Shown piece after piece: positions 61,517 through 64,000 of a DNA stretch of 64,000 nt; position 1 is the stretch's first letter; each line of letters opens with the position of its first letter. The notes under the pieces were generated by a model. It had not been told where the DNA came from, made no database searches, and was given only the letters and a program-made list of their open reading frames with translations. The stretch comes from Strigamia acuminata. Its lineage: Eukaryota. The position numbers were made by a program, and so were the translations under genes. The stretch is taken from assembly GCA_949358305.1 (NCBI GenBank), contig OX442314.1, forward strand, positions 6,324,001-6,388,000, given 5' to 3'.

Positions 61517-64000
61517 GGGTTAGGACACTTCTGAAAACAGTAATAATATCTTTCCACTATATGTCTTTTCTTTTTAATATTTAAAACCCAAAAATTTGTA
61601 CATTTATATTTAAAATTATTCAATTTCCTAACACTTAGAAAGTGTAGATTTCAAATAATTCCACTTCTATGCTATACAAATTTACATAATTCTGAATAAA
61701 ATAATATATATATATATATTATATATATATTATTATTATTTTTATGTATATGTATTTATATATATATATATATTTATATTAATGTACCAACATTAGGAAT
61801 TTTATGTGGTAATGTGCAGCAGACAAAAATTAAAAGGATAAAAAGTTATTTTTAAAATCCATCTTTTCTAATATTGTTGCATTGATGGATTATTCATCTT
61901 ATCACTTTGATAAGCACAAATAGCAAAATATGGCAAAAAAATCTTTCTTTTGTCATCATCATCATTATCATCATCATCATCATCACAATCTTTTTACAAT
62001 AATTTTTTTTATCATTTTTTAAATATTTTATCAATTATATAAACACTTATCAATTTGAAACTTAATACAGTACAATATACATAATAAAGTGTATATAACA
62101 TTACTTTAAAACTTGAAAATAGACTTTTCTTTAATGCTAATATAAAATAATTAATAATAATAATAAATTCAACTTAAACTGTACAAAAAAATAAAGAAAT
62201 AAAAAAAAAAAATTTTACTTTGAACTTTAGATTTTTCACTTTTTCTTTCCTGATTCACTCAACCTGCAATTCCATCACCAAAAATACTTCCAACTCTATA
62301 ATAAACAAGCAAATTGCAGCACAAATCTCCCGGTAGTTTTACACATAATCCGATTATTAAAAAAAAGAAGGTACGGTGACACAACTTGTGACCCAGTCAT
62401 AACAAATTTCTACTGGGTCTTTGAATTTTCACAGGTTTTGATTCATCAAATTCTACAGCCAATCAAAATGGTTTCCTTTCCTATTGGAATGACATTACAA
62501 TCAAACCCAGAGCAATGGCCTAACCCAGGGCAGCAGTTTTATAGGAATAACTAATTTCCCCTTCTTTGCGGAACCTTATGCAAAAGTCGTAGTCGGCACG
62601 TATAACGGCAGTGGCGTGTTTACCCCTGTTTTTGCCCCTGTGCACTCTGGGATATCATAGACTAACATTTTTGGTTTCGGTAGCCAAAAAAGTTTCAGAA
62701 AAGGGGTCACACTTGGGTCCCGTCTTTCCAAAATCCAGCCACAGATGTCGCTGGCCCTTCTACAGCCCTTTTCAAGGGCCGTAATCGGGGATCGACAAAT
62801 GCCCAGTCGCCTGAACTTCTTAGCCCGTATTTGCAAAATAGACACGCTGACTCCTGAATTGTTTTTAGTTTTGTCAACCGTTAAATCCACTCCTGATTGG
62901 ACGCCATCTTCAGTCCGAACCACACAGATTACGCCGTATGTTAAATCATACGCGGTTAAACAGCTTTTATACCAGGCTGAAAGACTTCGATTGCGGCTAG
63001 TGTGCCTTTTGGTCGTGTCAAGTTTAATGAGGGTAAAATACATAGAAAATTGTGACTGTTAGTATACATTGATGGTTTTCCAGCATTTTGAATCGACTAA
63101 AGAATAATGTCAGGACTTTTGTTGGGAGAATATTTGCACACATTCCACCTCCTTTTCCACATAAAGCTAACCCTAACCATTTAAAAAGTCAATTGATGAG
63201 CATTATGTCACCACCCCTTCAACTAGGGCCCCTCAAGTCCCTGAAAACAATATTATGCTAAGATTTCAAATCAAAACCAAACTCCCAATCACATCAATAA
63301 ATAAATTACATCAACTTTTCTGTGCCTAAGCTTTCAAGCATTGGTAAGAAAGCCGATATCACAATGGCACATCCTCATCCTAGTAATGATTGTCAAGTAT
63401 GGGTCACTAACTTGTCAAAATATAACCTTTAAGTTGCCCATGGGTCATCCCAAGCAGCCCTATAGACCCATTTAATGGGAAATACATCACGGGATGTCGC
63501 GGCTTTTCGACACAGCCAATTTTGCATTTACACCGAGAACTGGGAAAACCAGATTTTGTTGATTTCCATTTAACTTTTTGTCAAGGATGTCACCTTACCT
63601 TTATAAAAACTCCGTCAAAACAAAACCACGATAACAACTACATATACAAATTTAACAAAATAAAATAAAGAGACAAATTATACACAGCAAACATTATTTA
63701 CCTGAGTACCTGAGTTCAAAATCTTCAAAAATGCTAAATGTAATATTTTTAAAAATTCAATACTGACACTGGTCTTTTGAAAAAAAACTAAAACACACAA
63801 ATATTCATACTAAAAAAAAAATAATAATAAAAAATAATCATTTTCCTATTGGTCTAGAACAATAACTGTCTTTTAAACATGTCTACAAATGAAATTTCAA
63901 ACTACCAGAAGACTCCCACTGCACTTTATGTCTTGTAGAATTTGTTACTAGTATCAACAGATTTTTAGTGGAGATTTTTTTTTGGATTAAAAAAATTCCA

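Noticed and set aside
62576..63062. 155-aa minus-strand and 105-aa plus-strand ORFs in a GC-richer patch
   Set aside because: No motif I can recognise and no clear splice structure; possibly a decayed repeat, needs a homology search.

Overview
AT-rich, intron-containing invertebrate genomic DNA. It is probably arthropod; an MBD-bearing Copia element hints at a myriapod or chelicerate, which is inference only. Host genes: two intact 11-exon paralogs, plus a third pseudogene fragment, of a DEG/ENaC (pickpocket-like) gene in which two complete channel subunits are fused head-to-tail in one reading frame (4 TM helices, about 790-800 aa, same intron phases in both halves); three secreted phospholipase A2 genes; two rolling-stone-like membrane protein genes; and an intronless Arl8. 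The rest is largely transposable elements. These include the 5' end of a Ty3/gypsy element (gag, -1 frameshift signal, tRNA-Gln PBS, 1.75-kb LTR rich in covarying RNA stems) and a related solo LTR, and a young full-length Copia element with a methyl-CpG-binding domain and TG...TA LTRs. There are also other solo LTRs, nested Tc1 elements, a decayed FLYWCH/MULE relic, many MITEs, and a 1-kb near-perfect palindrome with two facing tRNA-derived Pol III units. The strongest novelty candidate is the natural tandem-dimer DEG/ENaC channel. All exon models and alignments were made by eye.
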